64,000 nucleotides of DNA from Methanobacteriota archaeon (lineage in GTDB: Archaea > Thermoplasmatota > Poseidoniia > Poseidoniales > Thalassarchaeaceae): contig PANM01000013.1 of NCBI GenBank assembly GCA_002708385.1, positions 1,411 to 65,410 of the forward strand. The letters run 5' to 3'. Made by a program: the position numbers and the translations under genes. Below the pieces are notes generated by a model. The model had not been told where the DNA came from, did not search any database, and saw only the letters and a list, made by a program, of their open reading frames with translations. Of the stretch, positions 56,328 to 64,000 are shown one piece after another. Each line of letters opens with the position of its first letter. The stretch's first letter is position 1.

Positions 56328-57536
56328 TTAACCCCAAATTAATGCTGAAGCACCTTTTGTTGCTAATCGACGAAACTCTGGTATATCCTTTAGCATCTTT
56401 ATGCCAAGAGGTATTGGGTTATCGATATCGCCAACTTGATTGATTAATTCTATGACTTCAGGTTGAGCCCAAACTGAAAATAATTCATCAAGTTCTTCAT
56501 CTGTTGATTCGCTAAGAAAAACGTTCCTTAGAGCTCTAGATTTATTTTGTTTTCTTCTAAGGCTTGAAAGAGTTGCATTAAGCTCCTGTGTAGTCTTAGC
56601 ATTAAATTGATTAGAAATTATTGTAGATACTAACTTTGGTAACATTAAGTCTACTTGATCAAATCCCTTCCCAATCCCTCCTCCTGTAGTCGGTTTGCAT
56701 AATCCTGCAGCATCTCCGAATACTGCAACTCGGTTAATAACTGGTTTTAGGATTAAACCGGAAGGTACAGGTCCACAAAACCTCCCAATTTCTTTACAAT
56801 TTGAAAACCTATTTTTCCACATGGGAGATTTCATAAAACTCTCCAACAAATCTTCACATGACTTGTCATTCATTCTCTCAGGTAAGGTCCAGTTTCCTAT
56901 TCTTGTTGTTTCGCCGGAAGGTATTGCCCAAGAGAAAAATCCAGGAGCAATATCGTCTCCTGTGAAAAGGTCTAATCTACCTTCTTCACCAGGATATCCT
57001 GTAACTTCTATTTGGAATCCAATCATCAATTCTTTTGGCCGCCCCATCTTGAAAGTCCGGCGAACCCATGAATGTGCTCCATCTGCACCACAAACCATTC
57101 GACTGAGAAATTGCTGTATATCACCATCTACATCTATTTCAATTTCTACACCTAATTCCGTTACTTCTGCACTGATTGGTTTCGATGACAATAGTAGATC
57201 CGCGCCAGATCCTATTGCCAGTTGAACTACTCTTTCATCAAACAATTTACGACAAACCGACCAGGTTCTAGTCCTTTCAGGATTACCAATTTTAATTTCT
57301 GTCCCAGAGGGGCTATACATTCTAGCCCCCCAAATTCTTGTTAGAACCGTATCATATGCTCCAATCCTTTTCATTGCTGAAGGGTTTACCATGCCTGCGC
57401 ATTGGAATGGCCTACCAACTTCTGCATGCTCCTCTATCATTAGGACATCTATCCCATTTTGGGATAACTTCCAAGCAAGATACCCACCTACGGGTCCCGC
57501 TCCGATTATGATCACGTCGTAATTCTGCTTAACCAA
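56328..57536 (-). CDS. Geranylgeranyl reductase-family flavoprotein (archaeal lipid saturation type)
   Basis: YDVIIIGAGPVGGYLA FAD motif; GADGAHSWVRR; GDAAGLCKPTTGGGI. Confidence 0.8.
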   Translation of the reverse strand: MVKQNYDVIIIGAGPVGGYLAWKLSQNGIDVLMIEEHAEVGRPFQCAGMVNPSAMKRIGAYDTVLTRIWGARMYSPSGTEIKIGNPERTRTWSVCRKLFDERVVQLAIGSGADLLLSSKPISAEVTELGVEIEIDVDGDIQQFLSRMVCGADGAHSWVRRTFKMGRPKELMIGFQIEVTGYPGEEGRLDLFTGDDIAPGFFSWAIPSGETTRIGNWTLPERMNDKSCEDLLESFMKSPMWKNRFSNCKEIGRFCGPVPSGLILKPVINRVAVFGDAAGLCKPTTGGGIGKGFDQVDLMLPKLVSTIISNQFNAKTTQELNATLSSLRRKQNKSRALRNVFLSESTDEELDELFSVWAQPEVIELINQVGDIDNPIPLGIKMLKDIPEFRRLATKGASALIWG

Positions 57537-57594
57537 ATTTCACACCCACCATGTCAGCCGTAAAGTATGGTAGGAGCGTGTAGACTGTTGAATA

Positions 57595-59880
57595 TCACTT
57601 CTTTTGTTTGCGCTTGCGTGCTTGTATCATCTTTTTCATAGTCCCAATAAGTCCGCTTGCATCATTTTTGGTAATTTCATCAATAGTGGTTGTATCCGCT
57701 AGTGCCATAGCGTCTTCAATACTAATGTCTAGGTTGTCGGCCATTGACCGGATTGTCTCTACTTGCTTTTCTGTTGCCGGAGAATTTTTGTCTATAGAAA
57801 TCAAATCACTGATTAATTTACTTGCGGAACCATCTCGCCCACCTGTCAACTCATCGATATCATTGTGACCCAAATCAGATAACATCTGAGAAAGATCGAC
57901 TTTGTTCTTATCGGATAATCTGATAATTAATGCAACCTGTTTTTCACTTGGTGGGATATTGCCATCCGACGAATTGTTTAATTCTTCAATAATCCGCCTC
58001 GCATCTTCTCCAGTAAGTTCTTCGAAATTTTTTCCATCCAAAATCTTTGACTTTGTTTCTTCATCCATGCGAGACATTCTATTCCGCATAAAATTCAGTT
58101 GTTTGATTGTAGGCTTTTCTTTACGTGATTCAAGAGCAATATTATGCATATTTCTAAAATCCGAGACAAAAATGTGCCAAATATTGGCACCACTTGTATT
58201 TCCGTGTTCTACTAGGTCTAAGTTTGACTCCATCAAAGCAGTAAATTTGGGTGTGAACAAACCCTCAGAAATTGATTGGGAGCTGTTCTCTTCAGAGCCA
58301 TAGAATGGTACTACTTCTATCCATAGTAATTTCCCATCTTCGGTTGGTATCAAAGAACTTCCCTCCTTATTCACGTAACCTCTGGCGACTAATTTGCCGA
58401 CAGTTGTAAGGTAGGTAGAAGGTCTGCCTATGTCTGCTTTTTTCATTTCTCTAATTATAGAACTCTCCGTGAATCGTCGAGGCGGTTTAGTCTCGTCGGA
58501 TGTGAGTAATGGATTATTTTCTTTGTTACTGAATTGCCATTTTGATCCAACATCGAAACCAATTTTTGGAGGTTCTGTCTGAACGTTTTTATCTGCCGAA
58601 TAAACAATTTCCCAACCGGCATGAATTCTCCAAGAACTGGTGCCGTATAATGGACTATCTAAACTATCTACGTTAGTAACAATACTCCTTGTTTCTCTTA
58701 TTGAATCTGACATCTGGCTTGCAGCGAACCTTCCCCAGATTAATCTATACAGTGATTGTTCATCTTCATCAACTCCTGTTAGAGTCTTGATTTCAGGTTG
58801 TGTTGGTCTAATCGCTTCGTGTGCGTCTTGGACGTTACTCGCGCCTTTTTTGGCATCAGGCCCCAAAGCTCCCGAGCCTAGGAAATTTTCACCGTGTTCC
58901 GATTTAATTAACGTACGGATTCTATCTCTAGCATCCTTGCTTGTTCTGGTTGAATCTGTCCTAATGTAAGTGATATGCCCTGCTTGATAGAGAGCTGTTG
59001 CCACTCTACTCGTTCTCCCTATTGCCCACCCCATTCGACCGTTAGCAGCTCTTAGCATTGATTCTGTTGTGAATGGAGGCTTAGGTTTTCTCTTGTTTTT
59101 ACCATCCTTGACAGATTTTATTGTCATTTCACCTGCGTTCTGTATTGCGTGTAATGTGTCTTTGGCTAATTGGCCATTAAAAGTTCTGTCAGGATAATGC
59201 TTCCCCTCATCATCCTTCCAAGCTTCATCTTCTTCCTTTTCATGGAAACGGACCTTGAACGATACACCATTTGAATCCACGGAAATTGAATGATAAGGAA
59301 TTGGTACATGAGCTTCTCTTTCTATCTCCCTTTCTACTATGAATCCTAAAGTAGGTGTTTGGACTCTACCCATAGATTTTAGATTCCAAGATCTACTGAA
59401 CCTTGAGCATCTGTACCCTACTAGTCTGTCCATAAACCTTCGAACTTTGGCTGCATCCACTAAGTCCATATCTATCTCTCTAGGAGAATCTATTGCTTCC
59501 TGAACGGCTGTGTTTGTAATTTCATTAAACGAAACACGATAAATCCTGTCGTAATCTGAAAAAATTTCTTTTAGCCTCCATGCAATAAATTCCCCCTCTC
59601 TATCTGGGTCAGTAGCAATGTAAATCTCTTCCACTGAGTTAGACTCAGCTTTCTTACGTAATTTGGTTACAACCTTTTCAGCTCGCTCGGTCCAACTCCA
59701 TGGTGGATTGGGCAACTGACCTTCTTTAGCTGTCCACATTGCCTTATTGTCATGTTTTGTTCCTCCCCTTGAGGGCAAGTCCTGAACATGTCCATTACAA
59801 GCATCAACTATCCAGCCTTTACCAAGGTATTTCTTAATGGTCCGGGCTTTGGCACCGGACTCTAAAATCATGAACTTCAT
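57595..59880 (-). CDS. topA: Type IA DNA topoisomerase (TopA-like), with three C-terminal ~55-aa repeats in place of zinc fingers
   Basis: TOPRIM MILESGAKARTIKKYLG and ATDPDREGE. Active-site region GHITYIRTDS. C-terminal repeats start at PTIKQ, PSEKQ and ATEKQ. Confidence 0.9.
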   Translation of the reverse strand: MKFMILESGAKARTIKKYLGKGWIVDACNGHVQDLPSRGGTKHDNKAMWTAKEGQLPNPPWSWTERAEKVVTKLRKKAESNSVEEIYIATDPDREGEFIAWRLKEIFSDYDRIYRVSFNEITNTAVQEAIDSPREIDMDLVDAAKVRRFMDRLVGYRCSRFSRSWNLKSMGRVQTPTLGFIVEREIEREAHVPIPYHSISVDSNGVSFKVRFHEKEEDEAWKDDEGKHYPDRTFNGQLAKDTLHAIQNAGEMTIKSVKDGKNKRKPKPPFTTESMLRAANGRMGWAIGRTSRVATALYQAGHITYIRTDSTRTSKDARDRIRTLIKSEHGENFLGSGALGPDAKKGASNVQDAHEAIRPTQPEIKTLTGVDEDEQSLYRLIWGRFAASQMSDSIRETRSIVTNVDSLDSPLYGTSSWRIHAGWEIVYSADKNVQTEPPKIGFDVGSKWQFSNKENNPLLTSDETKPPRRFTESSIIREMKKADIGRPSTYLTTVGKLVARGYVNKEGSSLIPTEDGKLLWIEVVPFYGSEENSSQSISEGLFTPKFTALMESNLDLVEHGNTSGANIWHIFVSDFRNMHNIALESRKEKPTIKQLNFMRNRMSRMDEETKSKILDGKNFEELTGEDARRIIEELNNSSDGNIPPSEKQVALIIRLSDKNKVDLSQMLSDLGHNDIDELTGGRDGSASKLISDLISIDKNSPATEKQVETIRSMADNLDISIEDAMALADTTTIDEITKNDASGLIGTMKKMIQARKRKQKK

Positions 59881-59950
59881 ATTACCACTTTCATAGTCCG
59901 GTTACACGGCAGAATTGCCGTATCACATTTTCCGGTGGCGAGATGAACAC

Positions 59951-59960
59951 TGTATAAACG
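59951..59960 (-). promoter_or_regulatory. TATA-like box (minus strand CGTTTATACA), ~70-80 nt upstream of the topA ATG
   Basis: Sequence only. Lies between the alternating CG tracts and a leader hairpin (59906-59921, ACGGCA-GAAT-TGCCGT). Confidence 0.25.
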
Positions 59961-59984
59961 TGAGTAAGAATAGAGCGATGCAAG

Positions 59985-60018
59985 GCGCGCGCGCGCATGC
60001 CTGTACGTACGCGCGCGT
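59985..60018. repeat. Two 16-nt perfectly alternating purine-pyrimidine tracts (GCGCGCGCGCGCATGC / GTACGTACGCGCGCGT) separated by 2 nt
   Basis: Read directly from the sequence. Strongly GC-rich, in an otherwise AT-rich intergenic region. Confidence 0.85.
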
Positions 60019-60045
60019 GAGGTTTCTCTAAGCTCAACATCTAAC

Positions 60046-60450
60046 TTAATCAAACAATAGTCTAACTTTACTTTCTTGCCAAGGTAATTCAGCATCTTCC
60101 CCACCGCACCCAACACAACCGGGATAACCAGCCGCAGCCAACCTGATTATTTCTAGGGATAATTCATTTAATCCAGTCTGTAAATCTAGGGGTATCCATA
60201 CTTCATTTTCCGAGGGTTGGGATGTACCAATTAGTCCACCAGCCTCTCCAATATTTGTAATTACGATATTTTCATTTTGATGGATTTTAATTTCAACACC
60301 AAAATATAGACTCGGGGCAAGGTCGGATATTGTAAGAGATAGTGATTCATCTATTTCGATGTGTTTGGGCAATTGGATAATTACCCCTCTAGAACGCAAG
60401 ATTCGTCTTGCTAGCTCCCGAATGGATTTAGCACACAATTCCGCGTTCAT
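60046..60450 (-). CDS. Hypothetical protein (134 aa from the ATG at 60450)
   Basis: ORF with no recognisable motif apart from C-terminal GCVGCGG. The longer form to 60516 would overlap pyrD. Confidence 0.4.
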   Translation of the reverse strand: MNAELCAKSIRELARRILRSRGVIIQLPKHIEIDESLSLTISDLAPSLYFGVEIKIHQNENIVITNIGEAGGLIGTSQPSENEVWIPLDLQTGLNELSLEIIRLAAAGYPGCVGCGGEDAELPWQESKVRLLFD

Positions 60451-60503
60451 GGTTACCGTAATACACACAAGATTTGAAGGATGCCCATCAGGCCGAAGGG
60501 AAG

Positions 60504-61607
60504 ATGGGTATACCATATCGATTCATTGTTCGCCCCTCTTTGCGATTTTTAGATTCTGAAAAGGCGCACAAATTAACTGTAAATGGCCTATCAAAATTTG
60601 CCGAGAATAGAGGAGGCCAGAAATTACTTAACTCAATTTACAGAACTCCCAATCTACCAATTAATGTATTTGGGAAACTATTCCGACACCCATTAGGGTT
60701 AGCTGCAGGGTTTGATAAATCCGCACAAGCCCTGGGGGCATGGCCCTCCCTAGGATTTTCCTGGGCTGAATATGGCGGGGTAACGCGTTATCCACAAGAG
60801 GGGAATCCAAAACCCAGAATGTTTAGATCGAATTCAGATGTTGCTTTGATTAACCGAATGGGATTTAACAATCCAGGTGCACAAAATGTACGAGACACAT
60901 TAGCACAAAGAGAGATTTCTGGTAAGTGGCCTAATGTTCCGTTGGCAGCAAATATAGGACGTTCCAAAACTGTAGGTAACGAAAGAGCCCCTCATGATTA
61001 TGCTGAAACATTCAATCTATTATACGACTATGCTGACATTTTCGTCCTAAATATATCATCACCTAATACACCAGGGTTAAGGGAGTTGCAAGAGGAGGAT
61101 CACATTAGGGAAGTGGTTAATGCTTGTACTTCAATCAGAGACAAAAAATCTGGTCTGAAACCAATTCTATTGAAATTCTCACCTGATTTAGATAGAGATT
61201 CGATCTTATCATGTGCTGGTGCAGCATTATCCTCTGGAATTGATGGATTTGTTGCAACAAATACAACAATCAGTCGTCCCCCCCCGAAAAATACCAGTTC
61301 CCGAAAATTTCTATCAGAGAGCGGGGGTTTGTCAGGTAGACCACTGCACGAAAAATCCATCCAGTGTATCGGAGATTTATATGATTCAATTGGGAATAAA
61401 GTCCCCATTATCGGATGTGGGGGTATAGAATCTCCTGATACAGCATGGAATGCTATTAGCAACGGAGCGACTTTAATTCAACTATATTCAGCTCTAGTTT
61501 TCCAGGGCCCATCTGTGGTGTCCCAGATCACAAATGGGCTGAATAAAAGGCTCAAAGTTGAAGGTTTTAGCGATATACAGGAAGTAGTTGGGTATTCTAG
61601 AATTTAG
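60504..61607 (+). CDS. pyrD: Dihydroorotate dehydrogenase (quinone), class 2
   Basis: N-terminal membrane-association helices, then GLAAGFDK, NRMGFNNPG, NISSPNTPGLR and GGLSG motifs. Confidence 0.9.
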   Translation: MGIPYRFIVRPSLRFLDSEKAHKLTVNGLSKFAENRGGQKLLNSIYRTPNLPINVFGKLFRHPLGLAAGFDKSAQALGAWPSLGFSWAEYGGVTRYPQEGNPKPRMFRSNSDVALINRMGFNNPGAQNVRDTLAQREISGKWPNVPLAANIGRSKTVGNERAPHDYAETFNLLYDYADIFVLNISSPNTPGLRELQEEDHIREVVNACTSIRDKKSGLKPILLKFSPDLDRDSILSCAGAALSSGIDGFVATNTTISRPPPKNTSSRKFLSESGGLSGRPLHEKSIQCIGDLYDSIGNKVPIIGCGGIESPDTAWNAISNGATLIQLYSALVFQGPSVVSQITNGLNKRLKVEGFSDIQEVVGYSRI

Positions 61608-61665
61608 GACGCCGACCTAACGATACTGAGTAAGCCTATTCAATGACCTCTATCTCGAGTCAATT

Positions 61666-62049
61666 GTGAAAAACACTCGTCATACTCGCCTGCTATTAGT
61701 CGGTGGAATTATGCTGGGTTTAGTGGGTCTGATGTTCTTGTCAGTAGACCCCGAAGTTCAATACACAGTGGATGAAGTCATGGATTCACCAGAAAGTCAT
61801 GATTCAGGGGAACTTAATGTCCGAGGTATTGTTCAAGAACAATCTTTAGATAGTTCCTCTAGCACATTTATTCTAGCGGGCGAAGAAGCTCAGATTGAGG
61901 TGTCTTTCGCCTCAATTGCTGTCCCTGATGGCTTCGAAGAAGGTCGTATGGTGGCAGTCAAAGGAGATTTGACACTAATAGGAGATGTATGGTATATCGA
62001 AGCCAATGAAATTCAAACTGGTTGCCCCTCAAAGTATGAGACTGAATGA
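61666..62049 (+). CDS. ccmE: Cytochrome c maturation haem chaperone CcmE, variant CxxxY type
   Basis: N-terminal TM anchor, OB-like core (LNVRGIV..., VPDGFEEGRMVAVKGDL) and C-terminal GCPSKYE where canonical CcmE has HDENY. Confidence 0.72.
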   Translation: MKNTRHTRLLLVGGIMLGLVGLMFLSVDPEVQYTVDEVMDSPESHDSGELNVRGIVQEQSLDSSSSTFILAGEEAQIEVSFASIAVPDGFEEGRMVAVKGDLTLIGDVWYIEANEIQTGCPSKYETE

Positions 62050-62089
62050 ATTCCCTCAATAGTTTCGTTCATAGGTGAGTGTTACGCGG

Positions 62090-62406
62090 GAGTGTTGGGC
62101 TAGGGGGAGCGTTGACGTGTTCTATTATCCACAAATCGTCGAAAATGGTGGCCTGAAGTCCGAGGGCGGCGAAAACGAGCCGACGATGACCCTGCGGTTG
62201 ACGTCGATGCCTCGCCCCCAAGAGATTCAGGTTGTCGGAGAACACTTCCGAAGGGAAGCGTCGACCGTCTTACGCCCGGGAATCAGGTCAGGCGCGGAAG
62301 CGAGCAGCCCGACCGGGGATGCTGAATGCCTTGGGATAGCGGGGCTGAGGAGATTGCGGAAATTTCATCGTTGGTGACGATTGTCCACCGAGGACGTGCC
62401 CACTAG
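62090..62406 (+). ncRNA. SRP_RNA: Signal recognition particle (7S) RNA
   Basis: GC-rich ~320-nt island. Helix-8 signature CAGGUCAGGCGCGGAAGCGAGCAGCC. Alu-domain-like GGGCUAGG...GGUGGCCUGAAGUCCGAGG. The 5' GU-U-GGGC can pair with the 3' GCCCAC. Ends are approximate. Confidence 0.7.
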
Positions 62407-62414
62407 GGATATTC

Positions 62415-63275
62415 TTACTCATCAGTAAGTAAATTTTTCACCAATGCTTCATCAATTCCAAAGAAATTGATCTCAGAGCAACGATGTAATAATTCAATCC
62501 AACCATCATGATCTTGCAGTGCGATATTGATGAGTTTTTTTCCACTTTCTATATCTCCATTAACGGCTAGATTCACTCCAGTCCAGAATGCTATTTCTGG
62601 ATATATTTCCATCTCGCTTTCCTCCAGGTCTAATTCATATCCACCTTCTTGAAATTCGGTATATGTGGAATGTACTTTGAGTAAACGACCCAATTCATCA
62701 AGGGGTGCAGGATGATCATCAATTCTAACGTCTACTATTTTTTCCTCCCAAGATTTCTCGCTTATGTTTGCCTTTACTACCAAAATTCTTGCTGATTGCA
62801 TGCCCCGTAAATCTCCACCTGCTTCTTGACCCGCTTGTAACGCGGCAAGAATACGCTCAGACAATTTACCTTCTTTATTTGAGAATCCTTTGGCCATTTT
62901 AGAGGGTATCATATCATTCCACATTAGGTTTGCTTGACATGAAAATCCATCTCCTAACACATGGCCCGCAGATGGAATAGTACTTGTTCCAGTATGGGCA
63001 GCAACTAAACCATCACTATCTACAATCGCTACTTGTCGAATTTCAGATTCCGGATCCGCTTCCAAGCGTTTCTCAAGCGTTTCTGAAGCTGACAACCCCT
63101 GCTCTAGCAGTTCTAGGCCTAATGGACCATGATCCATCAATGCCATAGCCTGAGTTACAACTACACCAATCCCTGCTTTGGCCCAACATGCATCTCCGGA
63201 TGCAAAGAAATGTGATTGAATTCCAACGCCAAATTGGCCTGTTTCTTTACATTTGGCTACAATGGAATAGGTCAC
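62415..63275 (-). CDS. DUF1028-family (Ntn-hydrolase-fold) protein
   Basis: A GTG at 63275 gives M-TYSIVAKC..GQFGVGIQSHFFASG..AGIGVVVTQA, typical of the DUF1028 N-terminus. The longer ORF to 63449 would overlap the upstream gene. Confidence 0.72.
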   Translation of the reverse strand: MTYSIVAKCKETGQFGVGIQSHFFASGDACWAKAGIGVVVTQAMALMDHGPLGLELLEQGLSASETLEKRLEADPESEIRQVAIVDSDGLVAAHTGTSTIPSAGHVLGDGFSCQANLMWNDMIPSKMAKGFSNKEGKLSERILAALQAGQEAGGDLRGMQSARILVVKANISEKSWEEKIVDVRIDDHPAPLDELGRLLKVHSTYTEFQEGGYELDLEESEMEIYPEIAFWTGVNLAVNGDIESGKKLINIALQDHDGWIELLHRCSEINFFGIDEALVKNLLTDE

Positions 63276-63285
63276 TAAAACACCA

Positions 63286-63759
63286 CTAAAGATTAGATGT
63301 GTCCAATCCTCCCATCTTGCAAACAATTGCAAAGTGGTTGGCAGACACAGGTTGCACCGAGAGCCTCTGGCCTCTTTGTAGCAAAGGCATCCCTTCCAAA
63401 CTTGGATTTTGTTTGAGTTCAGGTAGTCCAACTGATTCCATTTCTTCAATAGCTTCTATATCGACCATAATCCATCTAGGATTTTCTGGGCTTGCTTTCT
63501 CATCAAAATATTTTGATTTTGGGTCTTGGGCGGTGAAATCGGGGTATCCTTCTTTGCTAACCTTAGCCACTCCCGCTACATGGGGGGGTTTACAATTCGA
63601 ATGATAAAATAAAACGAGATCTCCTAATTTCATATCATCACGCATTATATTTCTCGCTTGATAGTTCCGGACTCCGTCCCAATGGGTTGTTCGATCTTCA
63701 ACTAATTTCGCCCAAGGATATACATGGGGTTCACTTTTCATTAGCCAGTAATTTACCAT
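63286..63759 (-). CDS. EVE (PUA-like) domain protein
   Basis: MVNYWLMKSEP....W.....W.GVRNYQARN.MRD.MK.GDLVLFYHSN, the typical EVE/DUF55 signature. Confidence 0.8.
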   Translation of the reverse strand: MVNYWLMKSEPHVYPWAKLVEDRTTHWDGVRNYQARNIMRDDMKLGDLVLFYHSNCKPPHVAGVAKVSKEGYPDFTAQDPKSKYFDEKASPENPRWIMVDIEAIEEMESVGLPELKQNPSLEGMPLLQRGQRLSVQPVSANHFAIVCKMGGLDTSNL

Positions 63760-63763
63760 AATT

Positions 63764-64000
63764 TCACCACGCATCTTGAGATTCCATTACTAGGGTCGCA
63801 TCCATAACATCGCCTTGTTCCTTAGTCAGAGTCCTGCGTAAACCGGCTGCTTTAGCCATGGTATTAGACCCTCCTGTGAGGGAAATATTCGATTTAACTA
63901 GTAGGGCATATATTGCTGGAAGGAGGATTAATGCAGAGATAGCTGCTACTATGAGCAAAACGATAATCACAGTAACGAATGGTGTTATGGCGGGAATGGG
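63764..64000 (-). CDS. C-terminal fragment of a membrane protein (possibly an MMPL/RND-like exporter), 5'-truncated by the window edge
   Basis: The frame stays open to nt 64000 (PIPAITPFVTVIIVLLIVAAISALILLPAIYALL). Terminal TM helix plus a short tail. Confidence 0.35.
   Translation of the reverse strand, partial: PIPAITPFVTVIIVLLIVAAISALILLPAIYALLVKSNISLTGGSNTMAKAAGLRRTLTKEQGDVMDATLVMESQDAW

Noticed and set aside
59877-60116. 79-aa ORF spanning the CG-rich tract (..RARTYRHARARLA..)
   Set aside because: Its Arg/Ala-rich segment is simply the translated alternating CG repeat. It also overlaps the 3' end of the 60046-60450 gene and abuts the topA start.
62075-62377. 100-aa ORF (MSVTRECWARGS...) in the GC-rich island
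   Set aside because: It coincides with the SRP RNA gene, including the helix-8 signature. Its Arg/Gly/Ala-rich translation is what a GC-rich structured RNA would give, so it is most likely not coding.
1-64000. CRISPR arrays, cas genes, toxin-antitoxin pairs, restriction-modification or other recognisable defence systems
   Set aside because: I saw no regularly spaced direct repeats and no ORFs with nuclease, methylase or Cas hallmarks. The window looks like core chromosome rather than a defence island.

Overview
This is an archaeal chromosomal segment of about 38-42% G+C by eye. It starts inside the RNA polymerase operon (unsplit rpoB, rpoA1, rpoA2, rpl30e) and carries about 60 mostly housekeeping genes. 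Archaeal markers include the proteasome beta subunit with aCPSF1, tRNA-splicing endonuclease, family-B DNA polymerase, geranylgeranyl reductase, S3Ae, SepF, ZPR1, 7S/SRP RNA and tRNA-Pro(UGG). These are mixed with many bacterial-type genes: plsC, thyA-folA, pntAA-pntAB-pntB, topA-like type IA topoisomerase, quinone-type pyrD, ccmE, and S8 and M6 secreted proteases. The unsplit RpoB plus this mixture suggests a planktonic Thermoplasmatota (Marine Group II/III-like) genome, but that is inference only. I saw no CRISPR array, transposase, integrase or rRNA. The leads I rank highest are listed below.
- Four paralogous COG1340-like coiled-coil genes bracket a surface-protein/DtxR/membrane-protein operon, with a perfect 7-3-7 palindrome in the divergent control region.
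- A family-B polymerase with degenerate exonuclease and DTD motifs is translationally coupled to a small ORF and converges on a Walker-A-less RadB-like gene.
- The RNA polymerase carries large lineage-specific insertions: a Cys-rich ~145-aa insert at the A' dock position, an HhH-like N-terminal extension on A'', and an insert in B.
- Two 16-nt alternating purine-pyrimidine (Z-DNA-prone) tracts lie just upstream of the topoisomerase gene.
- pdxS has an in-frame TGA exactly at a conserved Gly codon.
- S3Ae is fused to a SAP/HeH-like domain.
- An orphan CcmE carries the variant CxxxY motif.
All functional calls rest on motifs I recognised by eye. No database search was run.
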